From contig CM075978.1 of the NCBI GenBank assembly GCA_038087875.1, positions 134,354,001-134,418,000 on the forward strand: 64,000 bases of DNA, given 5' to 3'. The notes under the pieces were generated by a model. It was not told where the DNA came from, did not search any database, and saw only the letters and a list, made by a program, of their open reading frames with translations. The stretch comes from Malacoraja senta (lineage: Eukaryota). The position numbers and the translations under genes are program-made. Shown here one piece after another: positions 38,340 through 51,425 of this stretch (position 1 is its first letter; every line of letters starts with the position of its first letter).

Positions 38340-38978
38340 TACTCACTCACTCACTCACTCGTGATTCACTCCTCCCTAACTCCACATCCACTCACTACCA
38401 CCCACTCATTCCTCCCCCACGCACCCCCTCACTCACTCCACATCCACCCCTCTGCTCACTCACTTCTCACTTGCTCATTTCTCACCCACGCACCCCTCAC
38501 CCATCACTCATTCACTTCCTCACTCCTCACCTGTCCTCCCCCCACTCACTCGCTACTCATCCTCTCACCCCTGACCCACTCACCAACTTAATCACTCTGC
38601 ACTTGCTCATTCCTCACCTGTTTACTCCTCATTCACTCAGGTGCTCACGTCGCTCACTCCACATCCACCCCTTCACTCGCTCACCCCTCATTTGCTCATC
38701 TCACGCACTCATCCCTCACCCAACCACACCCCACAATTACTCGCTCTGCACTCACTCACCACTCACTCACTCATGCACATCCATTCACTCCTCACCCATT
38801 CACACCACACCCACTTGCTCACCCACTCCCCCTCACTCACTTCTTCACTCACCCCCCCCCCTCACTCATGCACACCCATTCACTCCTCACACTCACCCCT
38901 CATTCACTCATACCCATTTCTTCCTCACCCACTCACACCACACCCACATGCTCACTCACACACTTCACACCCACTCAT
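38340..38978. repeat. (CACT/CACC)-rich degenerate microsatellite
   Basis: Directly visible; source of the His/Thr/Pro-rich spurious ORFs. Confidence 0.9.
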
Positions 38979-41325
38979 TTTCATACCTAATTTTTAATTT
39001 CACATAACTTAATATTGCAAGTTGCAAATGCATCAAATTGTAGGCAGGGTTTCATTAGAGCCACAATCTTTTTATATACACAAATCTGGCTCAATACTGG
39101 ACATCTGGTGCTTTCTTGTTGGGTTGATTTCCAGCCTCTTGTTTGTATATTGCATTTCAGAAGATGCCCAAACACACAATGGCCATAACTGGCCTGACTT
39201 TAATTCCTTGTCAAGCATTGATTCTAAGAAATAATTTACCCTTTAAAAAGTTAAATCTGACAACTTTATAGTGCTTTAAAAGCTGATGGGTGAACATTTT
39301 TGAAATACTACATACATGAATATGTTTTATACTTCAATTTTCCTGAGTAACGTATAAATTATATTCTGATGGACAGCAAAATTAGAGTCAGGAATTTAAC
39401 AATGATTAATGATGGCAAATGTTGGAGAAGGGGGCTTCTGATGAATTAACTGGATTTAAAAAAACTTTTCATCCTAACAATATATCTGAGATTACTTTAG
39501 AGATTTTCTTTAACTTCACATGGACAGTTTATATGCATTGGAAGACCCCGCATTATTACCGTACTTGCCTTATGAAAAATTATTTGTTGGTTTGCATTAT
39601 TTGAAAAATCCTTTCCAAATCAAAGTAATCAAAAATGGCTGATCTCCCATTTCAGTTTGAAAGGATTCCGTGATGAAGAGTCATTTCAATTCCTTAATAT
39701 TAATTGTTTATCATATAGTCATTTATAGGAGTCATAGGATGACTTGATAGAAGTATATTTAAAGTCCATTTAAATGAAATTCACACCTAAAGGATTTCCT
39801 AGTGGAATAATATGTAATGTTTTTAAAATGGTGCATCATATGGAAAGGTTTAGAGGGATATGGGTCAAACTAGGTGGGACTAGTGTTGATGAGGCATCTC
39901 GGTCAGCACGAGCAAGTTAACCTAAAGGGCCTGTTTCCGTGCTATATGACTGACTATATTATAGGAATATTGTTAATATGAATCGGGTGAGAACTTGCTA
40001 GATTTGCATTTGAGTTTTTTTTTCTTTTAAATTGTGAAAAAACTTTTAATAAATGAGTGAAATGTGGACAGAAGCACCTGACTCAGTAACTAAACAAATA
40101 AAAAGAGACTATTTAATTGTATCTGTCTATTCAATTGCAGGATATTTGTGCAAATTAAAAAATTAGACCAAGTGGTATATTTCTCGGAATATCAACGACC
40201 TAATAGATATTGACTGGAATTCTCAGCTCACAAGTGGTACCATTTGAGAGTTGGGACTGTTCAAGGAATGATAGCTTAAGTTCATAATGAACTAGATTAA
40301 TTGTTAAGTTTTAAATTGCCTCATTAGACAAAGTTAAAGCTGTGGGATGCAAATAATATGTATCTTTAACAGCAAAGGCACCTGACATATTGATGATCTT
40401 GGAAAATTTAGAGGGGGCAAAGAAGAAATAGAAAATTCAATTTAAAAAGAATGTCACCATCTCTGTATTATCAGGAATCAATTGAAAACCAGATTACGTT
40501 TCTGTGAATTGTTGCATAGCATAAAGCTGTTTTCATAATATAATTTTCATCAAATTCCTGTGGGATTTCCACTCCCGAAAAATAACTACATAATTGCACA
40601 TCAACAGCTCCAGAGGCATCAATGCTATTAAGTAGATTATGCCATTAAGAAGTCCCACATGGTGATTTTAGTAGAAACATTTCAAACAAGTTTTTTTTTT
40701 GGAGCTTATCTGGCTTTAATAATCTTTTGGCATTATTCTTTACTGTCTGCTATCCCATCTGTATCTGTGAGTATTCTAATCTGCAACGATCGCACCAAGG
40801 AACAGAATTGTAATTAAAAGATGTGTTCCAATGTAAAAATCAAAAATTACAGACAATAAATAATAAATTATGTATTGAGTCTCAATGTACAGAAATTGTA
40901 TGAGCCACATTTATTTTTACAATTCATACAGATAGAGTAATAGCGCATACCATGTTTAAGGAAAATCTGTTTGCCTAAAAAGTATTAGCTGTTTTTTAAT
41001 GTCCTTTTACATTGCAGAGGTACAACTGCATCTGGGTAACAGGAAGGAAATGGCTTCCCTAGGCACAGGAAGTTTAAAGGAGCTATTTCCTCTTTGGTTC
41101 CTAAATGATTACAGTAAGGCTGTTGGAACTCCCAACTTCACTAATTGGTGTCACACCATATTTAATGGAGCAGTGTGGCACATGTATTGTAAAAATACAA
41201 AGAGAAATTTGCAAAAACTGGCACATTAATACTGTGTATTAAACCTATGTATAGGTGTGCCAAATGTACTCCAGCACTAATTGCAAATAAATGATTTATA
41301 TGGTTCAAATTTGAACTTGTATCAT

Positions 41326-41818
41326 AAAACATAGAATGTAGAACAGTAAAGCACAAGAATAGGCCCTTCAGCCCATTGTGTCCCTGCCAAACCTGAGGCT
41401 AAGACCATCTCTCATCTATCTGCGCATTATTCATATCCTCCCATTCCCTGCATAGCCATATGCCTATCCAAAAGCCTCTTGAATGCCACTATTGTATCTG
41501 CCTCCACCTACAGCAGGCAGCACATTCAGGCACTCACCACCCTCTGTGTAAAAGAAACGTTGCCCGCACATCTCCTTTAAATAGCCACACTCACCTTAAA
41601 GCTATGCCCTCTAGTATTTGATTTTTCCATCCTAGGAAAAGGTTCTTACTTCTACTCTATCTGTCTCTCATAATTTTATATACATCTCTCAAGTCATCCT
41701 GCAATCTTCGCTGTTCAAGAGAAAACAAACCAAGTCTGTCCAACCTCTCCTTACAGCTAATACCGCATAAACAAGGCAACATTCTGGTAAACCTCCTCTG
41801 CACCCTTTCCAAAGCCTC
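41326..41818 (-). mobile_element. CR1 LINE 3' fragment
   Basis: Reverse-strand ALERVQRRFTRMLP...LGLFSLE motif and CR1 tail. Confidence 0.85.
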
Positions 41819-42184
41819 CTCTTCGCAAAATGAATAGTGGAGTCAAATCTTGAGGTGCCTATGTTATTGATCACTTTATTTTTTTTTGTTGTTGTTTTTC
41901 TTTCCCAACCCATAATACAAATGTAATTTGTAGCTTTACATTAATAGACTAAGCAATGCCACAATCTGTTATCTTGTCTTATTCCTTTAGTTGGATCGGA
42001 CCTTAAGGCAATATTGAGGGGGAAGGTATACCCTAGAAATAGCAGGTATGAAATTGGGCTCTGCTATTGACGTTGTTTAAGGATTATTTGACATTTTTTA
42101 TTATAGTGACATTTGATCTTGCAGGCAGAGTCTGCCAGAGTTGCACAAGACATCATAGTTATGAAGATAACAGCACATACATAT

Positions 42185-42985
42185 TAGTTTATTATTACCA
42201 AGTAAACCGAAAAACAGTGTGAAACCTTGTTTGTGTGCCATCCAGTCAAATCATATATATGAGGACAATCAAGCCACAAACAAGTACGACAAGTGGTGCA
42301 AAGAGAAATGCGTGCAGAATATAGTGTTACAGCTTACCGTGTTACAGTTATAGAGAAAGTGCAAGTAATAAACAAAAGTACAATATCGCAAAGAGGTAGA
42401 TTGGGAAATTGCACCTGAACTTATGGAAAGACCTTTCAGTAGTCTGATAATGTTGCGAAAGAAGCTTTGTTGAATCTGGCTTTTGAATCGTCTGCCTGAC
42501 AGGAGAGGCAGGTGAAGTAAATGACCGGGATGAAAATAGTCTGAGATGTTGTTGCCTATTTTCCTGAGGTGTCTGAAGTGTAGAACCACACCTTTGAGGA
42601 GGTGGTGGTGGGGGAGACTGGTTGGTTTGATGGATTAGGCTGCATCAACAACTCTCTGTAATTTCTAGGAAGGAACTGCAGATGCTGGTTTTTGCAGATG
42701 CTGGTTTAAACCGAAGATAGACACAAAAAGCTGGAGTAACTCAGCGGGACAGGCAGCATCTCTGGAGAGAAGGAATGGGTGACGTTTTGGGTCGAGACCC
42801 TTCTGAAGAATTTTGAAGAAGGGTCTCGACCCGAAAAGTCACCTATTCCTTCTCTCCAGAGATGCTGCCTGTCCCACTGAGTACTCCAGCATTTTGTGTC
42901 TGTCCTTCTCATTTCTTGTGGTCTTGAGCAGGGCTGTTGCCAATCCCAGTTGGTAAAAGTCATTGGAGACATGCCAAACTTCCTT
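42185..42985 (-). mobile_element. Rex1/Babar-type LINE 3' fragment
   Basis: ORF 42269..42589(-) contains HPGH..LLSGRRFKS..SFF..IIRLL; the tail is related to 47115-47170. Confidence 0.6.
42667..42910. mobile_element. Palindromic twin hammerhead-motif element inserted in the Rex1 fragment
   Basis: ~90-bp arms around GACGTTTTGGGTCGAGACCCTTCT / TGAAGAAGGGTCTCGACCCGAAAAGTC. ATTTCT duplicated at 42661-66 and 42911-16. Confidence 0.82.
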
Positions 42986-43250
42986 AGTCTTTAGATTCTA
43001 AGTGTAGATGAAGTGTAAGTGTAGATGAAATGGGGCATGTTTTGGAAGAATAGGTTACAGGGAAATAAGTGGGGGAAATATGATTGATTATATTCCTCAG
43101 TGGTGGCGTAGACGCAATGGGCTGAAAGGGGATGTGGAAAAACATAAAATGGGAACTTCTGCCTCAATTAGTGAAATGAAAATGAGAAAATAAGTAGCAG
43201 ATTGGAGATGGGTTTTGGCATCATATAACTCCATGTGATGGGACATTATG

Positions 43251-44483
43251 TAGCATTGTTACAAAATTTTGAGATTTTAAAAATCAAGTCTGCAATCTAT
43301 CCCATCAGATAAAGCATAAAAAGAAGTTTAATTTGACACCTAATTTGCTTTCATATCTTCAGTATAAAAAAAGTTATGGCCATTTTCATACTCGGAAATT
43401 AGCATCTTGTTCCCTATTGCTTTTCCATTGACTTAACACAAAAGCTGTGATCGAGGACAGTCAAAAGCCCCTAACTTTCTTAAAAATTAGGAGAACTGAA
43501 TGAAATTTTCAGTTATTATAGATTGAAGCATTCTGAAACAAATATAAAACATCTTACATGGATGACCTAAAAATTAAAGCATATAATTAGCTAGTTACCT
43601 AATTGTAGCTAATTACAAAATTGACCGTTGTGACGGAAATTCATCTAAATTCAATTACTAGATCTAAACATCTATTCATTTCTTAAGAAAAGGATTTTTT
43701 TTTAATAGCCTGAGTATCCAAATAACAAACTAATCCCAATCACACAAGAATTCACAATATAACATGATTTTAAAATCTCACTGTCATGAACTTATATGCC
43801 AGATGGAAGGAATTTAATGTTTAATTCCCATAAATTAATCTAGAAACATCCACTCTCAATATTATCAAAATTATTATTTTTTGCACAATACATGTGGCTA
43901 AAACTGTTGTGGATATTTAGTATAAAAATGTTGTCTATGGATAGGCAATTACACAAAATATAGACGATTTAGATGCTCTTATGACATGATTGTCCAAAAA
44001 AAATTAGGATTTAATCATCTTGCGAATGGGTGTTTCTGGAATGCGATCGATTGGAACGTTGCCGTTGCCGTGAATTTAAACCCCATATCGGAAGGCAAAG
44101 ACTCTGCCAGTTCGTATGGGGCCCATATAACATGTTCGCGTCGTAAAATTAGTTTAAAGCCACCTCAAGAAGCAAGATTATATGTGAAATAAACAACTTA
44201 CCTTTTGTTTTGTCCTGATATTACGATTCGTCACGTTGTAGGCGTTGAGGGCGTTCGAAGTCGCTTTTTACTTTAATCCAACTATTAAATTGTCCAGCGA
44301 TTTTTTTATTTAAAAAAAAACGGGAACGGAAGTCCGATCGATTTTTCTCCATCGACTAGCAGCCCGAGGAAATCCCTCTCCGACAAGCGATACAAACCTG
44401 CATTTTAATCCCGCCCCTCCCCTCAAAGGTGCCAAAGTGGCAGATCTGCAGCGCCGCTGAAGGTAGGTTTTGTAACATCGCTA
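43251..44483. mobile_element. Non-autonomous DNA transposon (1233 bp), superfamily uncertain
   Basis: TIR TAGCATTGTTACAAAA / TAGCGATGTTACAAAA (14/16). CATTATG at 43244-50 and 44484-90. Confidence 0.8.
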
Positions 44484-45261
44484 CATTATGTCATCTGGAC
44501 ATACATCAATATGGCCTAGATACATGACCGCAAAACCATTATTATGATCAAGCTTGCTTTGTAATCCATGCTGAGGCCTAAACCTATAGTTGCAGCCTAC
44601 ATGGTTTCTGCAGTGCATGCACAGGGTTAAATTTTGTAATGTGATTCATGTTAAAGACTTGTGTTGCAAATGGACATAAAAACGTACAATCAAAAATTAG
44701 TAATAGTAGTAGGCTAGTTGGCTCTTCAAAAGTTCTTCACCAGTTAATGAAATCAGAGTTTACCCGATACCTTAACTTCACATTTGTATCTTATCTGCAG
44801 TAACCTTTCACCACATGCTTGTTTGGCATCTTTCTGCATCTGCCTCAAAAAATATTGAAGGACACTCCTTCCACTAGTCTTTGAAGAACAGATTTGCAAA
44901 ACGTCCCACTATTCTGAAAGATCTTCTTCATTGCCTCATCTCTGTCTTATAAGGTGACCCCTTATTTTTAAGCATTTTTAGGTTCTCCCACAAGAAGAAA
45001 CATCCTCTCTATATCCACTTGGCCATGGACCCCTGAGGATCTGATGTTTCAATCTTCTGAATAAGTATAGACAATCCCCATAAAATTTGTTAGTGCATGC
45101 TAAACGCTACACAATAGAATTTCTAGCTCAGTTTCTAACAATGCAGCATGCATTCACTTTTTTAGAAGATGGCCCCAATTAGGCTCTGGTGTGGGGCCCT
45201 TTGGCTTTGCAGTGAAGAGATTGATCCAAGACTGATGCTAAAATCAGGATTTAAAGCAGTA

Positions 45262-46140
45262 TAGAGTCATACAGCACGGAAACAGGCCCTTTGGCCCAAC
45301 ATGCCCATCCCCACCAAGATGCCTCGTCAGATCTGCCCACATTTGGCCCATATTCCAATCATGCCTTTCCCCTCCATTTACTTATCCAAATGTATTTTAA
45401 ATGTTGTTGTAGCTCCTGTCTCAACTACTTCCTCCGGCAGCTCGTTCCATATACCCAACACCCTCTCTGTGAAAATGTTGCCCCTCAGTTTCCTATTAAA
45501 TCTTTCCCTTCTCACGTTCAGCCTATTTCATCTGGTTCTTGATTCCCCTATTCTGAGTAAGAAAACTGCACATTCACCCTATCTATTCCCCTCATAATCT
45601 TATATGCCTTTATAAGATTACCCCGCATCCTCCTGCGCTCCAAGGAATAAAGTCTGAGCCTGCCCAATCTCTCCCTATAGCTCAGGCCCTCAAGTCCTGG
45701 CAACATCCTTGTAAATCATCTCTGTGCTCATTTCAGCCTAACATCATCCTTCCTGTGGCAGGGTGATGGAAACTGAGCACAATACCCTAAATGTGACCTC
45801 ACCAACGTCTTGTTACAAAACATCCCAACTTCTATACTGAATTTCCTTGAAGGCCAATGTACCGAAAGCCTTCCTGATCACCCTATCTATCTGTGATGCC
45901 ACTTTAAGGAAATTATGTATAAGCACTCCTAGATTCCTGTGCTCTACAACACTCCCGAGGCCCTGCCGTTCACTGTAAAGGATCTATTGTGGTTTGACTT
46001 CTCAAAATGCAACCCCTCTCACTTATCTACATTAAACTCCATTAACCATCCCTCAACCCTCTTGCCCAGTTAATCAAGATCCTGCTGTAAGTTTTGATAA
46101 CCATCTTCGATATCTGCGGTACCACCCACTGTAGTGTCAG
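45262..46140 (-). mobile_element. CR1 LINE 3' fragment
   Basis: Reverse-strand CR1 RT end (ADIE...LQQDLD; LGYCAQFPSPCHRKD) and 3' UTR. Confidence 0.85.
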
Positions 46141-47089
46141 TATGTTTATCTTATAATATTGGTCAGTTTTTTTCAGTGAAGCACTGGGAGAGATTGCACA
46201 TTATTGCATTGATAATGTTATCTTTATGTACTTTATGTACATCTTTGAGTCTGAATATGATTTCATGCAAATTTACATAACCAGCCTATCTCTAAGCTGT
46301 ACCAAGTCACATTTACCAACCGTATTTAAGATTGTATTCATTTATCACATATTTAACTTTGTCATCTAGCTTAGCCAGTTATACTTTGCCTATGCTGTTT
46401 CTACCATCAGATTAAATTCTGTTTTGCTTTCTTATTCTGAACATGTCAGCTCCATCTTTAAAACAAAAAGGGAGGCCATTTTAGCCCTGGTATTTGGTTT
46501 ATTTTTGTCACATATATGCAGTGAAAAACTTTGTTTCCAATTTTCTTTGCTTCTTTGTTTCTTAATCTTGTTTGTGTTGTGTGGGAATCAGTTTAAGAAA
46601 GCCTGCTGCTAAAGTAAGAGCTCATTAGTTGCTGTATGAGACTGACCTTGACTGGTCAAATCTATTTCATTATAAAACTATCATTGCATTCAAAGAGATG
46701 ACCTTCCAAAACACTTACATGACAGAAATTTGAGTACATTTTACTGGGATATTTGCCTGCTTAGGGTGGATATTTTGCAAAAGCTATCATTATGATGCTT
46801 GGTGTCCATGTGTAGTATTACTTGAGGAGAGATGAAAATATTCAGGATTATGTCAAATAGATGAAAGTAAATTATTTATTATCATCTGTTCAATCAACAA
46901 ATTAAGATTTCTTGCACTTGCTTCCAACTGTTTGCCCTTTAACTACCAGGACATTTATTCTCTCGCCTCCCCCAATTTCTGTTAGAGTTTGATGAATCCA
47001 AATCTCAAAATATTTAATCTCATTAAAGAGTCTTTTTTGCTGTCTCTATGTGCATGGGATGTGCTACCAGGTTCACTTTTCAATGGTTT

Positions 47090-47245
47090 AGCTTTAATTT
47101 TAGTTTTTTTTAGTGTAGTTTGGTTTATTGTCACATGTACCGAGGTATAGTGAAAAGCTTTTTTGTTGCGTGCTCTCCAAGTTGCCTGATATCAGCTGGG
47201 AAGAAACTGTCCCTGAATCTGGAGGTATGTATTTTCACATTTCTG
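47090..47245 (-). mobile_element. Rex1-type 3' tail fragment
   Basis: TTTATTGTCACATGTACCGAGGTATAGTGAAAAGCTTTT is the reverse complement of the 31660-31718 tail. Confidence 0.65.
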
Positions 47246-47799
47246 TTGTGCTCCAGTTATGGTACATCACCCACCAGGCATAATAATTCTCGTGTATCTA
47301 CTATATACAATCTCCTTATCCTCCTGGCACCTACATCAGATCCCCTCTAACATATTAAATGCGGGGACATTCACGAGTTTCTGCAATGTTGATGAATCCA
47401 CGTCTTGTATCTTTCATGAGATGCAATCGGCAAAGTAAAATGATGTAGACGAGATATATGCTTCCATTCTGATTAAGAACATGTTTCAGGATGTCTTTCA
47501 GATTCAAACTGGATGATATTGAGCTTTATCTGGTGTAGTTTGTGCATTATATTACTGATGTTCCATTGTAACTTCCTCTGCCGACCTGCCAACACAAAAT
47601 GCTTCCTCAACCAGCAAACTTGAACTTTACCTTTCCATTTCTCTGAAATTATAATCCAAATCATGGCAAGCAGAGATCCTGGAATAGGTTTCAAGGAAAT
47701 ATGCATTCTCCACATCTACCAATCAGAAAATAATTGTTTTACTCCATTTTGACTTCTGTGTCCCACCCAATGATTGACTCGTGTCTTAAGCATACCTCT

Positions 47800-48415
47800 A
47801 ATAAGATATCGGAGCAGAATTAGGCCATTCAACCCATCGAGTTCACTCCACCATTTGATCATTGATTATCTATTTTTCCCTCTCAACCCCATTCTCCTGC
47901 CTTCTCCCCATACTCTTTGACACCCTTACTAACCAAGAACATTACAATCTCCGCTTTAAACATACTCCATGTCAAGAGTCAAGAGTGTTTTTATTGTCAT
48001 CTGTCCCGAAATAGAACAATGAAATTCCTCCACTGCTGTGTCAATGAATTCCACAGATTCACCACCCTCTGCCTAAAGAGATTCCTCCTTATCTCTATTC
48101 TAAAGGTACATATTTTTATTCTGAGGCTATGTCCTCTGGTTCTAGACTCTCCTATTACTGGAAACATCCTTACCATGTCCACTCTTTCTAGGCCTTTCAT
48201 TATTCGGTAGGTTTCAATTAGATTCCCCACCCCCCCCCCCCCCCAATCCTTCTAAACCCGTGAGTACAGACCCAGAGCCATCCAACACTTCTCACATGTT
48301 AACCCAATCATCACCTGGTTCATTATTGTAAACTTTTTCTGGACCCTCTCCAATCCCAGCTCTTCCTTAGATATGGGGCCCAAAACTGCTCTAAATACTC
48401 CAAATGTAGCCTCAC
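47800..48415 (-). mobile_element. CR1 LINE 3' fragment
   Basis: ORF 47997..48230(-) reads GNLIETYRIMKGLERVD...TRGHSLRIK...QRVVNLWNSL. Confidence 0.88.
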
Positions 48416-48570
48416 TTTATAAAGCCACAAGGCTTTAATCTACATAGCATGTTATTTTTTGCTAATAATTTTTTGTATGGAGCATCACCAACTGCCTTCT
48501 CTGTAAAGTGACTATGACTTCAACACCCCCCCCCCAAAAAATCAACTGAATTAATCATGAACAATAAACT

Positions 48571-48669
48571 CAGTCTGAAGAAGGGTCTCGACCCGAAACG
48601 TCACCAATTCCTTCTCTCCAGAGATGCTGCCTGACCCGCTGAGTTATTCCAGCATTTTGTGTCCACCTT
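48571..48669 (+). mobile_element. Penelope-derived terminal repeat, solo sense copy
   Basis: CAGTCTGAAGAAGGGTCTCGACCCGAAACGTCACC...GCATTTTGTGTCCACCTT. Confidence 0.85.
48573..48604 (+). ncRNA. Minimal type-I hammerhead ribozyme motif (activity untested)
   Basis: CUGAAGA (48575-81), an extra A, stem II GGGU-CUCG-ACCC, GAAA (48595-98), palindromic ACGU stem III, and GUC cleavage triplet (48600-02). Stem I is only ~2 bp. Confidence 0.6.
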
Positions 48670-48841
48670 AAATTCACACCTTCTTTGATCATCAGTACTT
48701 GCCAGTTGTCAATCAACTGTCCCTGATCAATTTCTCTAGTTGCCCTACAAATGATATCAAGCCAACTGCTTAAAAGTTACCTAGTTTTTCAATACATATC
48801 TGAATTTAGAGAGCTTTACCAAATTCTGATTGACTGATTTA

Positions 48842-49012
48842 GAAACATAGAAAATAGGTGCAGGAGTGGGCCATTCGGCCCTTTGAGCCAGCACCGCCAT
48901 TCAATATGATCATGGCTGATCATCCAAAATTAGTACCCCGTTCCTGCTTTCTCCCCCATATCCCTTGATTCCGTTAGCCCTAAGAGCAATATTTAACTCT
49001 CTCTTGAAAACG
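48842..49012 (-). mobile_element. CR1 3' UTR fragment
   Basis: Near-identical to the tails at 30570-30730 and 59660-59815. Confidence 0.85.
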
Positions 49013-50752
49013 TTTCCTCACCAATTTTTAATATTCTAGGTGGTCGGTTTCCTTAGAAACCAGTATGAGTAAAACTTTGCAGATGGTTAATGATTATTGG
49101 CTTATTGAGATTCATACTTTATAAACATGTTTCTCTCACTTTGTCAGGGCAGAATGGAGTTTTTTTTAATGTGATGCTTACGGAATGGAGAATACCATGC
49201 ATTTTATTTACCAATGTCTCTTAAATCCAATATAACTCTTTGATTTAGCAGCTGCCTATCTGTTTAATCTGTGGTTAGGGTCTGACTCCATTTGAAGAAA
49301 ACCTAAGGGGGATAATCCGCCTTTCCTGTGGTTTAAAAATAAATAATAATGTGCAAGGAGAGGAGATAAAATATAACACATGATGCAATTGTAATTTATT
49401 ACACAGCAACATTTTATTAGTTTATTTTCTTTCCGTCAGAGTTATAAATGAAGCTTGTCCATAAGCCCCGCTGTTCCTTTAACCGGTCTGATGAGTGATT
49501 GACTTAAAAGCTTATGAATCAAATTTTGTTTTAAAAGTGCTAGAAAGAGATCAATACATAAGCTATCTTATCATTTTTAAGTGTGTTTATCCAGCTTTGT
49601 GCTCGAAGACTGGTGGCTGCTTCAAGGCCAAATAACATTTGAACCTTGGTTGCAACACGTCAGCTCATTTTGAAACCATCTTTATCTAACTGAGAAACCT
49701 GAAATCTGTTTGACAAAATGACACGAGAGCCAGCTTATCTTGGAACAGAGTTGTATCTCACATAGGTCATTGATTCTGTGAAATTAATGTTTACAAGTTG
49801 GCTTGTTTTCGTAGACAATTTTTGCTCTGAGATCGTACATATTGGTCGTAGGAAACGTGGCTAAAGGGGGTATTTTTCTTTCCATAATTTTATCCTTTTG
49901 CCATTTTTATCTTGAAATGAAAATAATTATGCCTTTTGGTGAATCCAATGAATAAGAATCAAACTTTTTTGCTGGTAAGGATTGGCAAATAGTCTCCAAA
50001 ACCTTTCTGCTAAAGGTGTTTGTTTATGTCAGTTATCTTCAATAATATGTAATGTACTCACAATGTTCCTTTACCTGGCTCATTTTGACTTACTTTGACA
50101 TCTGCAGCGATCTGTTAACTGGCAATTTGAATTTTAACATCAAAATAAGGGTTATAATCATAAAACAAACTGCTGGAGAAACTTAGTGGGTCAGGCAGCA
50201 TCTTTGGAGGGAAATAGACAGATGATGTTTTGGGTTGGGATCTTTCCTCAAGGTTGATAATCAACAGTTCAATCATTTAGGAAAATCAAATTATAATGTC
50301 TATTACTTAGCGTATGTTCTAATCTTTCATTTATTTATTACATACATAACTCTCTTTAGTTAAGAATTGAAAATATGTTTCATCACTTACATTACACAAA
50401 CAAACCAACAAATAGCTCCTAATCTTGCTTCTTATTATATGTTCTAAAATAGTGCTTACATTATTGTTGAACTAAACCAGCTAAACTGTAATATTGCTGC
50501 TCCCACCATATCGGACTGTTATTATAATGGACTAGATCGTCCAACCTGTGTTCTCTTAGGATCTCCAGCCTCCCGTCTCAGCTACCCCTTGGTTTCTGAC
50601 CTCCACCTTAGCGAGCGCCAGGCTCTCTTGCCGCCTCCTTCTCAGCCATTCATGGAGCTTGTCATTTTCTGCACAATCCCAAACTCCACACTCAGTTGTT
50701 TCTGTAACAGACCCTGCAAGTCAAACTAACCAAAGCCCTCGACTTTAACAAT

Positions 50753-50912
50753 TTAAGGCAGACATAGACAAATTCTTGATTAGAACGGGTGTGAAGGGTT
50801 ATGGGGAGAAGGCAGGAAAATGGGATTAGGAGATAGAGATCAGCCATGATTGAATGGTGGAGTAAACTCGATGGGTCAAATGGCCTAAATCTGCTCCTAT
50901 AACTTGTGAACG
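50753..50912 (+). mobile_element. CR1 3' UTR fragment
   Basis: GGGTTATGGGGAGAAGGCAGG...GATCAGCCATGATTGAATGG...CTGCTCCTATA. Confidence 0.8.
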
Positions 50913-51225
50913 TGAAGTGAAATCATCCTAAATATCTGTGGTGGGGGGGGGGGGGGGGGAGAGGAGAGTATAAATGTGTTGATGGGGTAAATACATTATC
51001 TCTAAGTGCGATTCAATAGTATGATTAATTTTTTTCAGAATTATAATAAGAATGTATATAGTTAAACCATTGTCGCCTTTAGAAACTGATTTGCCGACTG
51101 ACGTTTGTAAATTGCCCCTTTTCACAAAATAAACCATGCTGTCCTGCATTTTGTTTGCCATATCTACATCTCGGAACCAATTCCTTGCAGTTCATCCTGC
51201 ATATTAGCTAGGGTTTTAGTTATTG

Positions 51226-51425
51226 TAAATGAAACAGCAAATGATGGAAGTACTTGGCATGTCAGACAGCATCTGTGGAAAGAGAAGCAATGTTACCGTT
51301 ACAGTGCAATGGTCTTTCATCAGACCCGGAAACTTTCTCTTTCCACAGTTGCTGCCTGAGCTGCTAAGCATCTCCAGTATTTTTCCATTTTACTGCACAT
51401 TTATTTAATCTGCAATATTTTGCCT
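51226..51425. mobile_element. Older palindromic Penelope-derived repeat (CTGATGA variant)
   Basis: CAGCATCTGTGGAAAGAGAA pairs with TTCTCTTTCCACAGTTGCTG. The minus strand reads CTGATGAAAGACCATTGCACTGTAACGGTAAC. Confidence 0.55.

Noticed and set aside
38106-39007. His/Thr/Pro-rich ORFs
   Set aside because: Translations of a CACT-type low-complexity repeat.
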